From contig NC_058386.1 of assembly GCF_018350175.1 (NCBI RefSeq), forward strand, positions 5,022,001 through 5,086,000: a stretch of 64,000 nt of DNA, in the 5' to 3' direction. The translations under genes and the position numbers were made by a program. Positions 38,705 through 50,636 of the stretch are shown here, one piece after another (within the stretch, counting starts at the first letter, position 1; the number at the start of each line of letters is the position of its first letter). The notes under the pieces were generated by a model. The model worked only from the letters and a program-made list of their open reading frames with translations, ran no database searches and was not told the origin of the DNA. This DNA is from Felis catus (taxonomy: Eukaryota).

Positions 38705-38932
38705 TTTTTTTTTTTCTTTTTTGTAATTTTTAAATTTATTTTTGAGACAGAGACAGAATACGAGTCAGGGAGGGGCAGAGAGAGAGAAAGAGAGAGACAC
38801 AGAATCCGAAGTAGGCTCCAGGCTCTGAGCTGTCAGCACAGAGCCCGACGTGGGTCTCGAACCCATGAACCATTAGGTCATGACCTGAGCCAAAGTGGGA
38901 CCTTTAACTGACTGAGCCACCCAAGCATCCCC
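38705..38932 (-). mobile_element. CAN-SINE (SINEC_Fc2-like)
   Basis: full element; TSD agaaaggtgaYtttt flanks this copy plus the preceding half-SINE. Confidence 0.93.
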
Positions 38933-39200
38933 AGAAAGGTGACTTTTTAAAACCTGTGTACTTGCACATCAAGGCAACACTCTTCTTGGGCACTAGAAAA
39001 GCAAGGAAGTCTGAAGTCGAATGCAGAGTCAGTCAAGATCACCACACCTCAGTCAAGGTCACACGCACCTTGCAAGCACCCAGTCTGTCCCAGGTTCCCA
39101 GTGATCTTGAGGGCGTGGGCCCACAGTGTCTTAGCAGCTGCTTCATGACACCTCTTGGACAAAAGAAAGATTGAACAGTTTGTGTTAAGTAGACTGCATA

Positions 39201-39320
39201 GGGCGCCTGGCTGGCTCAGTCAGTAGAGCATACAACTCTTGATCTTGGGATTATGAATTCAAGCCCCATGTTGGGTATGGAGATTACTTACATACATACA
39301 TACATACATAAAGAATACAT
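39201..39320 (+). mobile_element. short CAN-SINE (SINEC_b/c type) with (TACA)n tail
   Basis: gggcgcctggctggctcagtcagtagagca...ttcaagccccatgttgggtatggagattactta. Confidence 0.9.
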
Positions 39321-39619
39321 ATAGTAACATTTTACTCAAAGCTAAAAAAATTATATATATGAAATTTAAAAAACCATATTTTTATTTTATCCTTGAATGA
39401 CCACATCCATTTACTAAGGCGTATGCCTGTGAGTCACTGCAAAACTTCACAAACATTGAATCTGCTTACACGCCCCCACCCCCATTTCCTCTTCCACTTT
39501 GATTTTTCACATATGCCCAGAATCAGATCAGTAGGAAGAGAGCATGATTTAGCGTTACAACTTGGAACAACCTCCAGCAAGTTGTTTGCCGCTGTCTGAT
39601 AGAATCAACTGATTCTGCC

Positions 39620-39857
39620 TTTCCCTCAAAAATGTGAAATATCTTATGATGCCTCTGTGCGTCCTACAGCCTCTGTTGACGCAAGTACTCGATTCTGCTG
39701 TTGCGACACAAAAGCGCTATAAACCCTCCGTAAAGCAGTGGGTGTAGTATATGGCTGTGTCCTGATAAAATCTTATTTGTAAATATTCCCACATTTTGTG
39801 AAAACACACAGGCGATGTAATGGATATGACACATACGCCATATTTTACTGATGCTTG
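39620..39857 (+). mobile_element. MER58A-like hAT remnant
   Basis: ctctgttgacgcaagtactcgattctgctgttg...tggctgtgtcctgataaaatcttattt. Confidence 0.6.
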
Positions 39858-41966
39858 TGCAAACACTTTCTATCCTATGTAGTATAGGACTGTCTCAAAG
39901 GTGGGCATGACCAGGAATCCTCATTGTTTCCTTTAATTCCTGTAAAAATCCATGTGTTATAATATCTGTGTTCCGGATGAGGGACTTGGGCCTAGAGCTG
40001 GAACTTGCTAAAAGGTCAAATGGTTAGCCTTGCAAGGAAGCTGATACTTTTGTGGAAACCAATTCCTGGAAGTTGGCAAAGCCCTAGGCCATTCTGTTCC
40101 ACCATAATGAAATGGAGTCTGGGCCCAGGCTCCCAATCATTTGCTCTTAAACTCTGTGAAGGACATTAGCTTCCCTTGGCTATGTTGGTGATTTAGAGAG
40201 AGCGAGCCCTTTTCCCCTACCCTTCCAGGCATTGTCCAGCTACCCAAAGGTCATAGATGTGGAACATTCTGGAAAAGCAATGGATGGCAACATTGTAAGT
40301 TCTCACTCTCCACGATGGCATCTTCATTCCCTTTCTCTTAACCACACGGTGTTTGCACGTGGCTGTCCATGCTCAACAAGTTTTGCAAACTATTTTGTCA
40401 AAGGAACATTCCATGTTGTTGTTATTCACGTCTCAATGTCTCTCCTTTCTCCGCAGTGCTGAAGTTTATTGATCCCTTGTCATTTCTAAATTCTCCATGT
40501 TTTGACCCACCACAAGTTCTTCTCTAGGGCTGTTTTACTCCTGTGAGCATAGTCTAGCTTACAGGGACTAAATAAGCTGTCTTTCTTCAGTGAGACAAAA
40601 CAATTTTCTATTTCTGAAAACATTCCATTTCTTTGAGCCTGTTCTTAGAATACTTTTTTTTTGTCTTAATTGCTCAGAATGCTGGAAGCATACAACTCAA
40701 AGGAAGTGCCACAGATTGCCAAGTCCATAATAAGAAAGTACAACAACAACAACAACAAAACACAACTCCAGTTAACATTTTGGTTCGTAACTTAAGTAAA
40801 TGATTGGGGAGATTACTACAATACATGTTTTTATAATACTCTGTGTAATATATATAAAATGAACAGAGTTCTAAGCATCAACCAGATATAATTAGAGAGG
40901 TTTCCATCATAATTAGGTTATTTTAAAGTTTTGTTTGCAAACGCCTTCAGTTCTGTCTCACATGTATTAATAGCAATGACTGATTTCATACTCTAGCCCC
41001 ATTCTTTTTGCAACTCCTGTGTAAGTATAAAGGAGTGATGTCAGTGTATGGCAGGAGTCATACAAACATTTGGAGCTCCCTGCAAACAAAACAAAAGAAG
41101 AACAACCACAAATACAAAAAATAAGAGAGAAGATCAGAAGAAATAAAAGAGCTCTGTGGAAAACTAAAGAAAACAGGAACAAAGGAAATGTAATACTAAA
41201 TAAATAGCCACTCTGATTGAGTCTGATTCCCACTGCCCTCAGTTTATTAAAAATGTGATTTCTTCAAAACTCAGTGTCACGTGTGATAGCTAAGGGGTGA
41301 TGGATGTCTTCGGACACTATCCAACCTTAGCCAACTTACCCACTGCCCCTTTTGAAGACTGAACTTATTTAAGTCCAAGGCAACTCAGAAATGAAACACC
41401 CATTTGGATTTGCATCTTTTTGTGGGGATTGAAATGCGTAGTGTAGTGAAATGTACATTGATGCTGATGGCACCCACTGTTATAGTAATTTGGACCAAAA
41501 AATCTTGAGAAAAGAACTTTTCATTCACTTTTCCACCCCGAGCTCTTGGCAATAGTAGAATAGGTTAATCTAAATGATAAATCACAACACGGGTTTGCGG
41601 TTTGAGAGGAAGTTTATAAATGGCAGTCTGGGAGGTACATGTTTCGCCTTCATAAATGAACATTTATTCACCAGTCTTTTTGGAAAATGGAGGGAAGGAA
41701 ACAAAGGACAGAATGTACTTCTCTCTCGTGCAGAAGAGTGATCAGTTTGATCGGTATATTCGTTCCACAAACTTGTACTCAGTGTGTGCTGCGTGTTAAG
41801 CACAATTAGGAAAGAATCTGAGACAGTAGCAAATACAAGAAAACATTATTGAGATCTTCTTATTAGGAAAATAGGGGGTTGGACTCCTGAAAACTTCTAA
41901 GCATATAGAATAAATGAGAGTATGATCTAATGAAGCTCCACTATTGAATAAAAACCCTGCATGCAG

Positions 41967-42345
41967 TGTTGCCTGTAAAACCACTCCCCCCAATATCCAT
42001 ACTCTTTGCCCTATGACTTGGTAGGTTTTCCACTAGAGGCAAAATAGATTTCCCCTTTCCATTGCTTGTGCGCTTGGTCATGTAACTTGTCTTGGCCAAT
42101 GGGGTGCAAGAGAGGCTTACAGTCTCTTTGTGTGATGAGGTATGTCCACTTCAGCTTTTGACACAATCATGAGAAGAAAGTGGCTGAGATTACTGGCCCC
42201 TCCAAAGACTGTGTGTAATAGAAGTATCCAGCCTAGACCTACTGACCACCAGATGACTCACATACATATGAGAGAGAATAAACAATTATTTCCTTAAGTC
42301 ACTCAGCATTGGGAATTTTGGTGCATAGTGAAAGCTGACTCATAC
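41967..42345 (+). mobile_element. MLT1H/I-like MaLR solo LTR
   Basis: gcttggtcatgtaacttgtcttggccaatgg...catgagaag...aataaacaattatttccttaagtcact...agctgactcataca. Confidence 0.75.
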
Positions 42346-42349
42346 ACCC

Positions 42350-43165
42350 GTATGTACATCCTCTTGATTTCACCAATTTAGTCCTTTTGACATATTATGT
42401 TTCACTTTTAAATTTGTGTTTTGACATAAATTACAGATATCATTATATTTTATTGCAAAACTATCTTTTAGGGGTGCCTGTCTGGCTCAGTCAGTGGAAT
42501 GGGTGACTTTTGTTCTCAGGTTTGTGAGTACACGCCCCACACTGGGTGTAGAGATTGCTTAAAAATAAAATCTTTAAAAACAAAAATCAAATGAAAACAA
42601 AACAAAACAAAAACCACACAAAGCTATCTTTAAAAAGAAATGAGTATCTTCCATCAAAATCACAGTACTTTTTACATGCCTAACAGTAAAATAGTTTTCT
42701 GAATATCACCAAGCCATATTTAAATTGTCCCAGTTGCCTCCATGTGGAGGGTTTATGGAAGGTTTGTTCCAACCAGAATGTATTCAAGGTTGTTTCTGGA
42801 AGTCTACATCTGTTATCCCAACCTCACCATTTTGTCATGATACTGACTTGGCATGTATGAAAAAAAATGGTTAGCAGAGTGCTTTGGATTTGTCTGATTG
42901 TCTTCTTGTGTGATAACTTGCCCTGTCTCCCACATTTCCTAATTGTGGGTAATACTACAGGCTTTAGTTTTAGCGTAGTCATGACATCTTCCTAAGTGGT
43001 GGTGTTCAATTCCATCTGGTGGCACGTGATGCTTCCTTCTCCACCACCAAGATTGTAAGAGTAACGGTGGAGTAAGTCAGTGGGAGCCTGATCCCTCCAC
43101 TGTATACTTACTTTCCCCCCTGTAACCAATAATTTTGCCAGATACACAGGTATATCTAGTTCCCA
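42350..43165 (-). mobile_element. ancient L1MC/ME 3' remnant (interrupted by SINE)
   Basis: caccaattt...catatttaaattgtcccagttg...ccaaccaga...ggatttgtctgattgtcttcttgtg...gcctgatccctccactgta. Confidence 0.55.
42471..42615 (+). mobile_element. short CAN-SINE (SINEC_b/c type)
   Basis: ggggtgcctgtctggctcagtcagtgga...ctgggtgtagagattgcttaaaaataaaatc; TSD aaaRctatcttt. Confidence 0.88.
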
Positions 43166-43198
43166 GGAACCTTGCTTTTTTAAAAGTGAGCTTTTAGA

Positions 43199-43661
43199 AT
43201 GAGATCTTGCCATTTGCAACAACGTGGATGGAACTGGAAGGTATTATGCTAAGTGAAATAAGTCAGTCAGAGAAAGACAGTTACCATATGTTTTCACTCC
43301 TATATGGAACTTGAGAAACTTAACAGAAGACCATGGGGGAAGGGAAGGGGAAAAAACAGTTTCAAACAGAGAGGGAGGCAAATCATAAGAGACTCTTAAA
43401 TACAGAGAACAAACTGAGGGTTGATGGGGGAAGTGGAGGGGAAGGGAAAATGGGTGATGGGCATTGAGGAAGGCACCTGTTGGGATCAGCACTGGGTGTT
43501 GTATATAAGCAATGAACCACAAGAATCTACTCCCAAAGCCAAGAGCACACTGTATATGCTGTATGTTACCTAACTTGACAATAAATTATATTTAAAAAAA
43601 TAATTCTTTAAAAAATAGATAAAAATGAAAAAAATAAAACATTTCATTGCCGGAAAAAAAT
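43199..43661 (+). mobile_element. 5'-truncated felid/carnivore L1 (end of ORF2, 3'UTR, tail)
   Basis: gagatcttgccatttgcaacaacgtggatggaactgga...aataaattatatttaaaa; TSD aaagYgagcttttaga at 43183 and 43662. Confidence 0.95.
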
Positions 43662-43677
43662 AAAGCGAGCTTTTAGA

Positions 43678-44670
43678 TTTTAGAATACTTTTAAGTTTAC
43701 AGAAAGAAATTACAAAGATAGCACAGAGAGTTCCCATATACTCTACATCCCATTTACCCTATTATTAACATCTGACAAGAATATGGCACATTTCTCACAA
43801 TTAATGAACCAATATCGATACATTTCCATACGTTATTCAGATTTCCGTAGTCTTTCCTTAATGTCTTTTTTCTGTTCCAGGATCCTGTCCAAATTCTGCA
43901 CTATATTTAGTTGTTATGTCTTCTTAGGATTGTTTTGGCTGTGACAGGTTTTAGGGCTTTCCTTGTTGTTGATTGTCTTGACAGCTTTGAGGAGCGCTGG
44001 GCAGTGTTTTGTTGAATGCGTGTCAATTTGAATTTGATATAGGTTTTTCTCATAATTAGACTGGGGTTATGCATTTTAGGGAGACAGACCCTAGGTACAG
44101 ACTGTTGTTTTCATCACATATCCAGGATGTATATGGGATTTATCACAGTTGATGTTCACCCCCATCACCTGTCTATTCGTGTTTGTCAAGTTCCTCCACT
44201 GTAAACATACTATGTTTTTTTTTCTTTTATCTCTACCCATACTGTACTTTAACAAAATAAATTTTTTAACTTTTATCCATTTTTGAGAGAGCATGAGCAT
44301 GAGCAGGGGAGGGACAAAGGCAGGAGGACACAGAATCTGAAGCAGGATCCAGTCTCTGAGCTGTCAGCACAGAGCCTGACGCGGGGCTTGAACTCACGAA
44401 CCGTGAGATCATGACCTGAGCCGAAGTCGGACGCTTAACCAACTGAGCCACCCAGGTGCCCACCTATACTGTACTTTTTAGAAGGAAGTAGGTACCAAGG
44501 ACGTAGGGAGTAACTCTCCACCTACTTAAGGCTGGAGCACAACATCAATTATTTGCAATTCTTCTGCATGGAAGATTTGAGTATTCTCACCTATGTATCA
44601 AATATTTCATTTATATCACCATGGACTCTTGGATATTTAATAATTTGGGTGAATAATCCTACTTTATTCA
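43678..44670 (-). mobile_element. old L1MC/L1MD 3' end (interrupted by SINE)
   Basis: ttttaagtttacagaaa...cagagagttcccatata...acaattaatgaaccaatatcgataca...tttctgttccaggatcc...attagactggggttatg. Confidence 0.8.
44262..44461 (-). mobile_element. CAN-SINE (SINEC_Fc2-like)
   Basis: TSD ccYatactgtacttt. Confidence 0.95.
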
Positions 44671-45387
44671 TTTTGACCATTAAACTTTTAAATAATGGTC
44701 TTACCATTCCCTGATCCTTCCATTATATATGTATCATTAGGAAGTTTATTCGTGTTAACTCTGTCATTTCTCATGCGTTTATAACTTGTACATGTTCACA
44801 AAGAATCTCTTTGCTTCCTTACCTAGGGTGACCCAGCTCCCTGAAATACAATTCCTAGAGAGGCATACTCTGAAATGCAGCTTTTCAATCCCTAATTTTC
44901 AGAGTAAAGGGTTGGTGCATTGGTCTACAAATATTGTATTGATAATTATTTTTCGGAGTTTATTTTATTAACCAATTATGACACGGAAGTCACTGCACAT
45001 TATTTCAAATACCCCTCATAAGAGGCTTATTAAGAAAGGTTAACTTAATTTGCTTAGATTACCAAACTTTGAAGCTCTATAGGAGTGACATATTGGAGCA
45101 CCAGTCTGCTGGTTCCGGAACCTACCACCTATAAATTCCCACATTTTCTAAGCATACCGCTCCGTGTAGATATACCCCACTTATATCTTAAACTATGTTT
45201 TAAGAATGTGGAATGTTTCATTATATAAAATTATTATTCCATCTCATCTTCTCTTGTACCTTATAACCATTTAAAGTGAAAGACTACCATGCCTCCTATC
45301 CTTAGTTTTCTTCAGAATTGCTATTTCCCCACACAGAGAATCAGCAATTTACACAGAACTATGAGTGCATTGTCCTTCCCCCCCCCC

Positions 45388-45595
45388 TTTTTTAAGTTTA
45401 TTTTGAGAGAGAGAGAGAGAGCGAGCATGTAGGAGGGCCAGAGAGAGGAGTAGAAAGAGCAGGCTGAGCATCCTGAGCAGGCTCTGCGATGTCAGCATAG
45501 AGCCTGACGCAGTGCTCAAACTCACGACCCAGGAGATCATGACCTAAGCAGAAATCAAGAGGTGAGTGCTCAGCTGACTGATCCACTCAGGCACC
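45388..45595 (-). mobile_element. CAN-SINE (Fc3-like)
   Basis: T tail, (GA)n, gagatcatgacct...gaaatcaagag...ccactcaggcacc. Confidence 0.88.
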
Positions 45596-45620
45596 GCTTT
45601 CCTTTATTTCATACAAACAG

Positions 45621-45675
45621 GGACTTTTGCATGCTCAGTGCTGCTGGGGGATTTTGATGCTCAGTGCTGCTGGGG
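45621..45675. repeat. small tandem duplication (atgctcagtgctgctgggg x2)
   Basis: copies at 45631 and 45657. Confidence 0.85.
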
Positions 45676-45745
45676 AGAGGGGCGTTACTCCCAGTTGATA
45701 TAGCTGCAAATACACCATGTGTGCACATAAGAAAGTGCAGATTGA

Positions 45746-45971
45746 GGGGCGCCTGGGTGGCACAGTCGGTTAAGCGTCCGACTTCAGCCAGGTCACGATC
45801 TCGCGGTCCGTGAGTTCGAGCCCCGCGTCGGGCTCTGGGCTGATGGCTCAGAGCCTGGAGCCTGCTTCCGATTCTGTGTCTCCCTCTCTCTCTGCCCCTC
45901 CCCCGTTCATGCTCTGTCTCTCTCTCTGTCCCAAAAATAAATAAACGTTGAAAAAAAAATTAAAAAAAAAA
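45746..45971 (+). mobile_element. young SINEC_Fc (tandem copy 1)
   Basis: near-consensus; flanked by aagaaaNtgcagattg. Confidence 0.97.
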
Positions 45972-45988
45972 AAGAAAATGCAGATTGA

Positions 45989-46204
45989 GGGGCGCCTGGG
46001 TGGCACAGTCGGTTAAGAGTCCGACTTCAGCCAGGTCATGATCTCGCGGTCCGTGAGTTCGAGCCCCGCGTCGGGCTCTGGGCTGATGGCTCGGAGCCTG
46101 GAGCCTGTTTCCGATTCTGTGTCTCCCTCTCTCTCTGCCCCTCCCCCGTTCATGCTCTGTCTCTCTCTGTCCCAAAAATAAATAAATGTTGAAAAAAAAA
46201 AAAA
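45989..46204 (+). mobile_element. young SINEC_Fc (tandem copy 2)
   Basis: near-consensus; flanked by aagaaaNtgcagattg. Confidence 0.97.
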
Positions 46205-46265
46205 AAGAAATTGCAGATTGCATCAGACTCTTTGCCCCCTACTTCTGCGTGGTTGTCCCTCGTTT

Positions 46266-46672
46266 TGTTATGAAATAAAAGAACAGCCAACATTGGCTTG
46301 AAATAGTTGCCAGCTGTCCTCAGTATGTAGCTGCTCTGGGTGCACTTAGGGAAGCAGAGTGCCATCTAGGAGGTAGAAGGGAGGTCCAAAGGGCTAAGGT
46401 TTTTAAAGGTAGAGAGGGAACCGGAAAAAGGGAAATTAATAAAGAACCCATGGTTTTAGGCAAGGTGGCCCTCCTCAGGGGATCCGGAGGGGTTTGTTGG
46501 CACAATTCCTAGTACTGACTTGGAGAGTCCCAAGTTCACTGCTTCAAGATTACATTTCTGGGGGTTTCAGACCGCAGTTAAATTAGATATTAAGTCTCGG
46601 TTTACTTATTGGAGGCTTCCACCCAAGTGATGCCAGTTTGGGCTTGCGATTTTCTTTGCAGCAGTGTTAACA
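46266..46672 (-). mobile_element. probable ERV1-class solo LTR (MER31/MER67/CarLTR-like)
   Basis: TGTTA...TAACA ends, about 400 bp; terminal attaagtctcggttt...aagtgatgccagtttgggc...ttttcttt resembles class I LTR ends. Confidence 0.55.
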
Positions 46673-47554
46673 TGATTCCTTTACATGGGAGAAAAGGAAC
46701 CTAGAGCGAGAGTTAGAAACCTGCTGGTCTGGTTCTGTGTACACGTGTGCAGGCCCTGCAGGCTGGGCGTGTGCACACAGCCCTTGGAAAGCACCGGCAA
46801 GTTCAGGGGTGTTTGCCAGGTCACCGGTGTGACCTGTTATCTGGAAGCTTGGGCTCGCCAGGTGGATGCGCGTTCCCACCTGTGCTTACAGATGTGAGTT
46901 CCTGCCTGAGCTCCCCAGGGGGGATGCACGTTCCCACAGTTAGATTTTCCTGGAACTTTACCTACTGCTGGGTGCGTTTTGCAGTAGGAAAGAAAAAAAT
47001 GCTCCCACACAGCTAGAAAAAAAAAATTAAAATTTGTTTCCTCCCTCTCACAAAAGAGTCTCCTGAGGAGAGAAATGTTAACAAATGTTTGGACCTTTCC
47101 AGAACTCAAGGCCCGGGATATTTAGCGGCAGGGAGTGGCAGTTAGAAGGGCCTCCTTCACCTAATATTAGGCTTTCTGAATCATATCTTAAAATATGACT
47201 CTTTACTTATACCTTTTGAATTAAAAGATGGTTTGAAAACCCCAAACCCAACGATTAATTTATTTGTTCAAATAAATGAGTAAATGTTGTAAATGACTAA
47301 TGTAGTTACTCATCTTTTTATTTTTATCTCACATATTTTTATAAATATATATTATATAATGTTTTATATGTACAGAGAATAATTGTATAAAATATATTTC
47401 TCAGAATAGTATTACATATAGTTATGTAAAATATAAACTAAATATATAAGTATTTTTGTGTATAATAAATATGAGATATCTTTTTGTAAGTGCATATTAT
47501 TCATTTGTTTATTTTTCCATATTTCTGTAGACTCTTTTCTCCTGTGCATTCATC

Positions 47555-47746
47555 TTTTTTTTCTAAGTTTATTTACTGATTTTGGGAGAGAGCAAATGAA
47601 CACGAACGGGAGAGGGGCAGAGAGAGGGAGAAACAGAATCCAACGCAGGCTCCACACGGTCAGTGCAGAGCCCGACCTCACAAGCCCTGAGATCATCACC
47701 TGAGCGGAGATCAGAGGCTTAGCTGACAGAGCCACCCAGGTGCCCC
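47555..47746 (-). mobile_element. CAN-SINE (Fc3-like)
   Basis: ends gacagagccacccaggtgcccc. Confidence 0.9.
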
Positions 47747-47899
47747 TCCTATCTCTTCATCTTTGAAATGATAGAGAAAACTCTTCTGTGCGTGAGGCTT
47801 AGTAGGACCCTGAGTGCTATATCAACAAGGCCTTCAATGCCAAGTGTGGCCAGATAGTTTCTTCCCAGAGGCTTGTGACTCTAAGTTTCCCTCTGGCAG

Positions 47900-48105
47900 C
47901 CTCAGTGTGGCCTGAGCCTATTGGAAATGCAAACTCCTGGGCCTGACCGGCACTCAGCGAACCTGCAGTCAGCGGTTAAACAACATCTTCTGGTGACACA
48001 CGTGCACATTAACAATTGAGAGCACCTATTTGGACCAGGGTTTCTCAATCTTGGCTGCACATTAGAATCACTTGATGATCTTGCTATAAATCCAGATGCC
48101 TGCAG
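47900..48105. mobile_element. MER5A-like hAT fragments
   Basis: gaaatgcaaactcctgggcc...ttaacaattgagagcac; cagggtttctcaatcttggctgcacattagaatcac. Confidence 0.65.
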
Positions 48106-48109
48106 GATG

Positions 48110-48365
48110 GATACAATGTGCAGCCTGGCAAAGGCAGTTAGCAACACTGTATCATATACTTGATGTTTGCTAAGAGAATAGTTCTCAATTGTTCTCTCAA
48201 AGGAAAAACAAATAGTTCTGTGGTCGTGGTGATGGGTGTGGTTTTTTTTTTTTTTAGCATGATGGTGGTAAATATCTCAGTGTATATAGCATAGAGAAAA
48301 ATGTCATTTTGTTCACCTTAAATATACACAAGTTTTATTTGCCTGCTATACCTCAATAGAGTTAT
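48110..48365 (+). mobile_element. old L1MA/MB 3' end
   Basis: gttagcaacactgtatcatatacttga...ttgctaagaga...caccttaaatatacaca...ttttatttg...tatacctcaata. Confidence 0.75.
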
Positions 48366-48520
48366 GGATAGAAATAATGATGCCTGACCTTTGGTGGCAG
48401 ATATTCTGAATTAATTTATCTAGCAGTGTGTCCTGTCTCCATTTCCTCTTTCCTTTTCAACCTGTGATGTACTGAATCTACATAAGAATCATCTAGGAGT
48501 TTTTTAGAAAGTTGAAATCT

Positions 48521-48674
48521 CACAGTCTGAGTTTGAGCCCCTGCATGGGGCTCTGAGCTGACAGCTCAGAGCCTGGAGCCTGCTTTGGATTGTGCGTCTC
48601 CCTCTCTCTCTGCCCCTCTCCCGCTCATGCTCTGTCTCTCAAAAAATGTATAAATGTGAAAAATTAAAAAAAAA
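48521..48674 (+). mobile_element. 5'-truncated CAN-SINE (Fc2-like)
   Basis: starts near B box; TSD agaaagttgaaatct / agaaatttggaatct. Confidence 0.9.
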
Positions 48675-48891
48675 AGAAATTTGGAATCTTGTACCCTGCT
48701 GCAGACCCACGAGCAGCGTGGCCCTAGGACTTCCTTTCTTTGGGAGGCCCTACATCATGTGTCTTTAGGACTTGTAGAGATGCATTTGACTTGGGGATTA
48801 TACCATCTATGCATTTTTCTATTTGGTGGATACTGAACTCAGAGTTGATACTCTGACTCAGACCTTCTCTTTTCCTGACCTTAACGCTTCC

Positions 48892-49110
48892 TTTTTTTTT
48901 TAAATTCTTTTTTAATGTTTTATTTATTTTTGATGGAGAGAGAGAGAGAAAGAGACCATGAGCGGGGGAGGGGCAGAGAGAGAGGGAGACACAGAATCTG
49001 AAGCACTGGGCTGTCAGGATGAGCCTGATTTGGGGCCTGAACTTACAAGCTGTGAGATCACGACCTGAGCCAAAGTCAGATGCTCAACCGACTGAGCCAC
49101 CCAGGTGCCC
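48892..49110 (-). mobile_element. CAN-SINE (SINEC_Fc2-like)
   Basis: ends ccgactgagccacccaggtgccc. Confidence 0.93.
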
Positions 49111-49523
49111 TATAACTCTTGTTGCTTGAACCAGATTTCTTCCCAGTTCAAAGGTACATGTTTCTTACCTCATTTGGAAAAATGAGCCTTGTGTTTCTTT
49201 AGTGTGTTCTTTGGTTTAGGCTATTTTTAACAAATGCTTGAGCTGCAAAGATCTCTGGATTATTCTAGTAGCACAGAGAAGGGATCTCAATCCCCAGACA
49301 ACATGATCAATCAGATATGTTTTTGGAATTTGGGATGCTTTAAGAATGTAAATCAGTAAAACATTCTCCTGTGATGTTGAGACACTAGATGAACATCACA
49401 GCCAGCTAACTGCCTTTAGAAAGTTGAGCGCTCTTTCTTGGCTATTTCCACTTACATGTCATACACTATTTCTGCTCTCAATATAATAAAATGTGGATTT
49501 CTAACTCAAAAAACGGGAGACTC

Positions 49524-49718
49524 GGGGTGCCTGGGTGGCTCAGTCGGTTAAGTGTCTGACTCTAGGTTTAGACTCAGGTCATGATCTCACAGTTTCGTGA
49601 GTTTGAACCCCGTGTCTGGCTGTGTGCTGACAGCACGGAACCTGCTTGGGATTCTCTCTCCCTCTGCCCTTCCCCCCCTCAATGCTGTCTCTGTCTCCCT
49701 CAAAATAAACTTTAAAAA
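49524..49718 (+). mobile_element. CAN-SINE (Fc3-like)
   Basis: TSD aaaYgggagRctc. Confidence 0.93.
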
Positions 49719-50387
49719 GAAATGGGAGGCTCAATAAAATTGAACCTGTTTCCCAATTCTTGATGGATTAGATAGGGAATGAGATAGGGTTAGATTACAA
49801 ATGATCTAATGTGCCCTTTTTATTTTTTCTGGCCAGTGAGTGCATCCTGAGTGTGTTGGGTTTATGTGGTAAGGTATTATTCCAATTAATGGAAATGGGC
49901 AGAATCAGACAAACCTATCTAGGTTAGTGTTGCCACTGCTCCTTTACTTCCCCCCAAGTTTCTAACCCTCACCCACTCCAGTTGGCCATTGAACTGACTT
50001 ATTCATCAGGATGCGAAGGGAATGTGCTCTTGTTGCTTGTGGATTTACTTCTTAGTGCAGATTTCACGGGACAAGGATGTCCACCTGCACACGGACGTTT
50101 ATATTCCGGTGAAGATAAGGTCAGGTCCTCTGAATTACTGCCATATTCCATCAGAAACACTTCACTGGGTTGGAAACGGGCCTGATGGTTTAAAAACCCA
50201 GGTTCTTACAAACTGCCTGAATCACCAGTCTTGGATCTTTGACCTCAGGGAAGTCAGCTCACACTGCCCGTACTATTTTTGCAAATACCTGGGCCTCACA
50301 GTCTGAGAAGACCGTTCACACCAGTACACATGTGGATCCTTTTAGACACTGTCCTCCACTGTCTCTCACTGTTAAGAGTGTCACAGA

Positions 50388-50491
50388 GGGGCACCTGGGT
50401 TGCTCAGTCAGTTGAGTCTGACTCTTGGTTTCAGCTCAGGTCATGATCCCAAGGTCGTGGGATTGAGCCCCCTCAACATAGGTCTTAGCAG
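50388..50491 (+). mobile_element. CAN-SINE head running into assembly gap
   Basis: ggggcacctgggttgctcagtcagttgag...gctcaggtcatgatc. Confidence 0.88.
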
Positions 50492-50636
50492 NNNNNNNNN
50501 NNNNNNNNNNNNNNNNNNNNNNNNNNNNNNNNNNNNNNNNNNNNNNNNNNNNNNNNNNNNNNNNNNNNNNNNNNNNNNNNNNNNNNNNNNNNNNNNNNNN
50601 NNNNNNNNNNNNNNNNNNNNNNNNNNNNNNNNNNNN
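50492..50636. other. assembly gap (145 N)
   Basis: run of N. Confidence 1.

Noticed and set aside
43633-43650. Resemblance of aataaaacatttcattgc to a beta-globin mRNA 3' end
   Set aside because: Match is too short and gapped, and no other globin sequence is present
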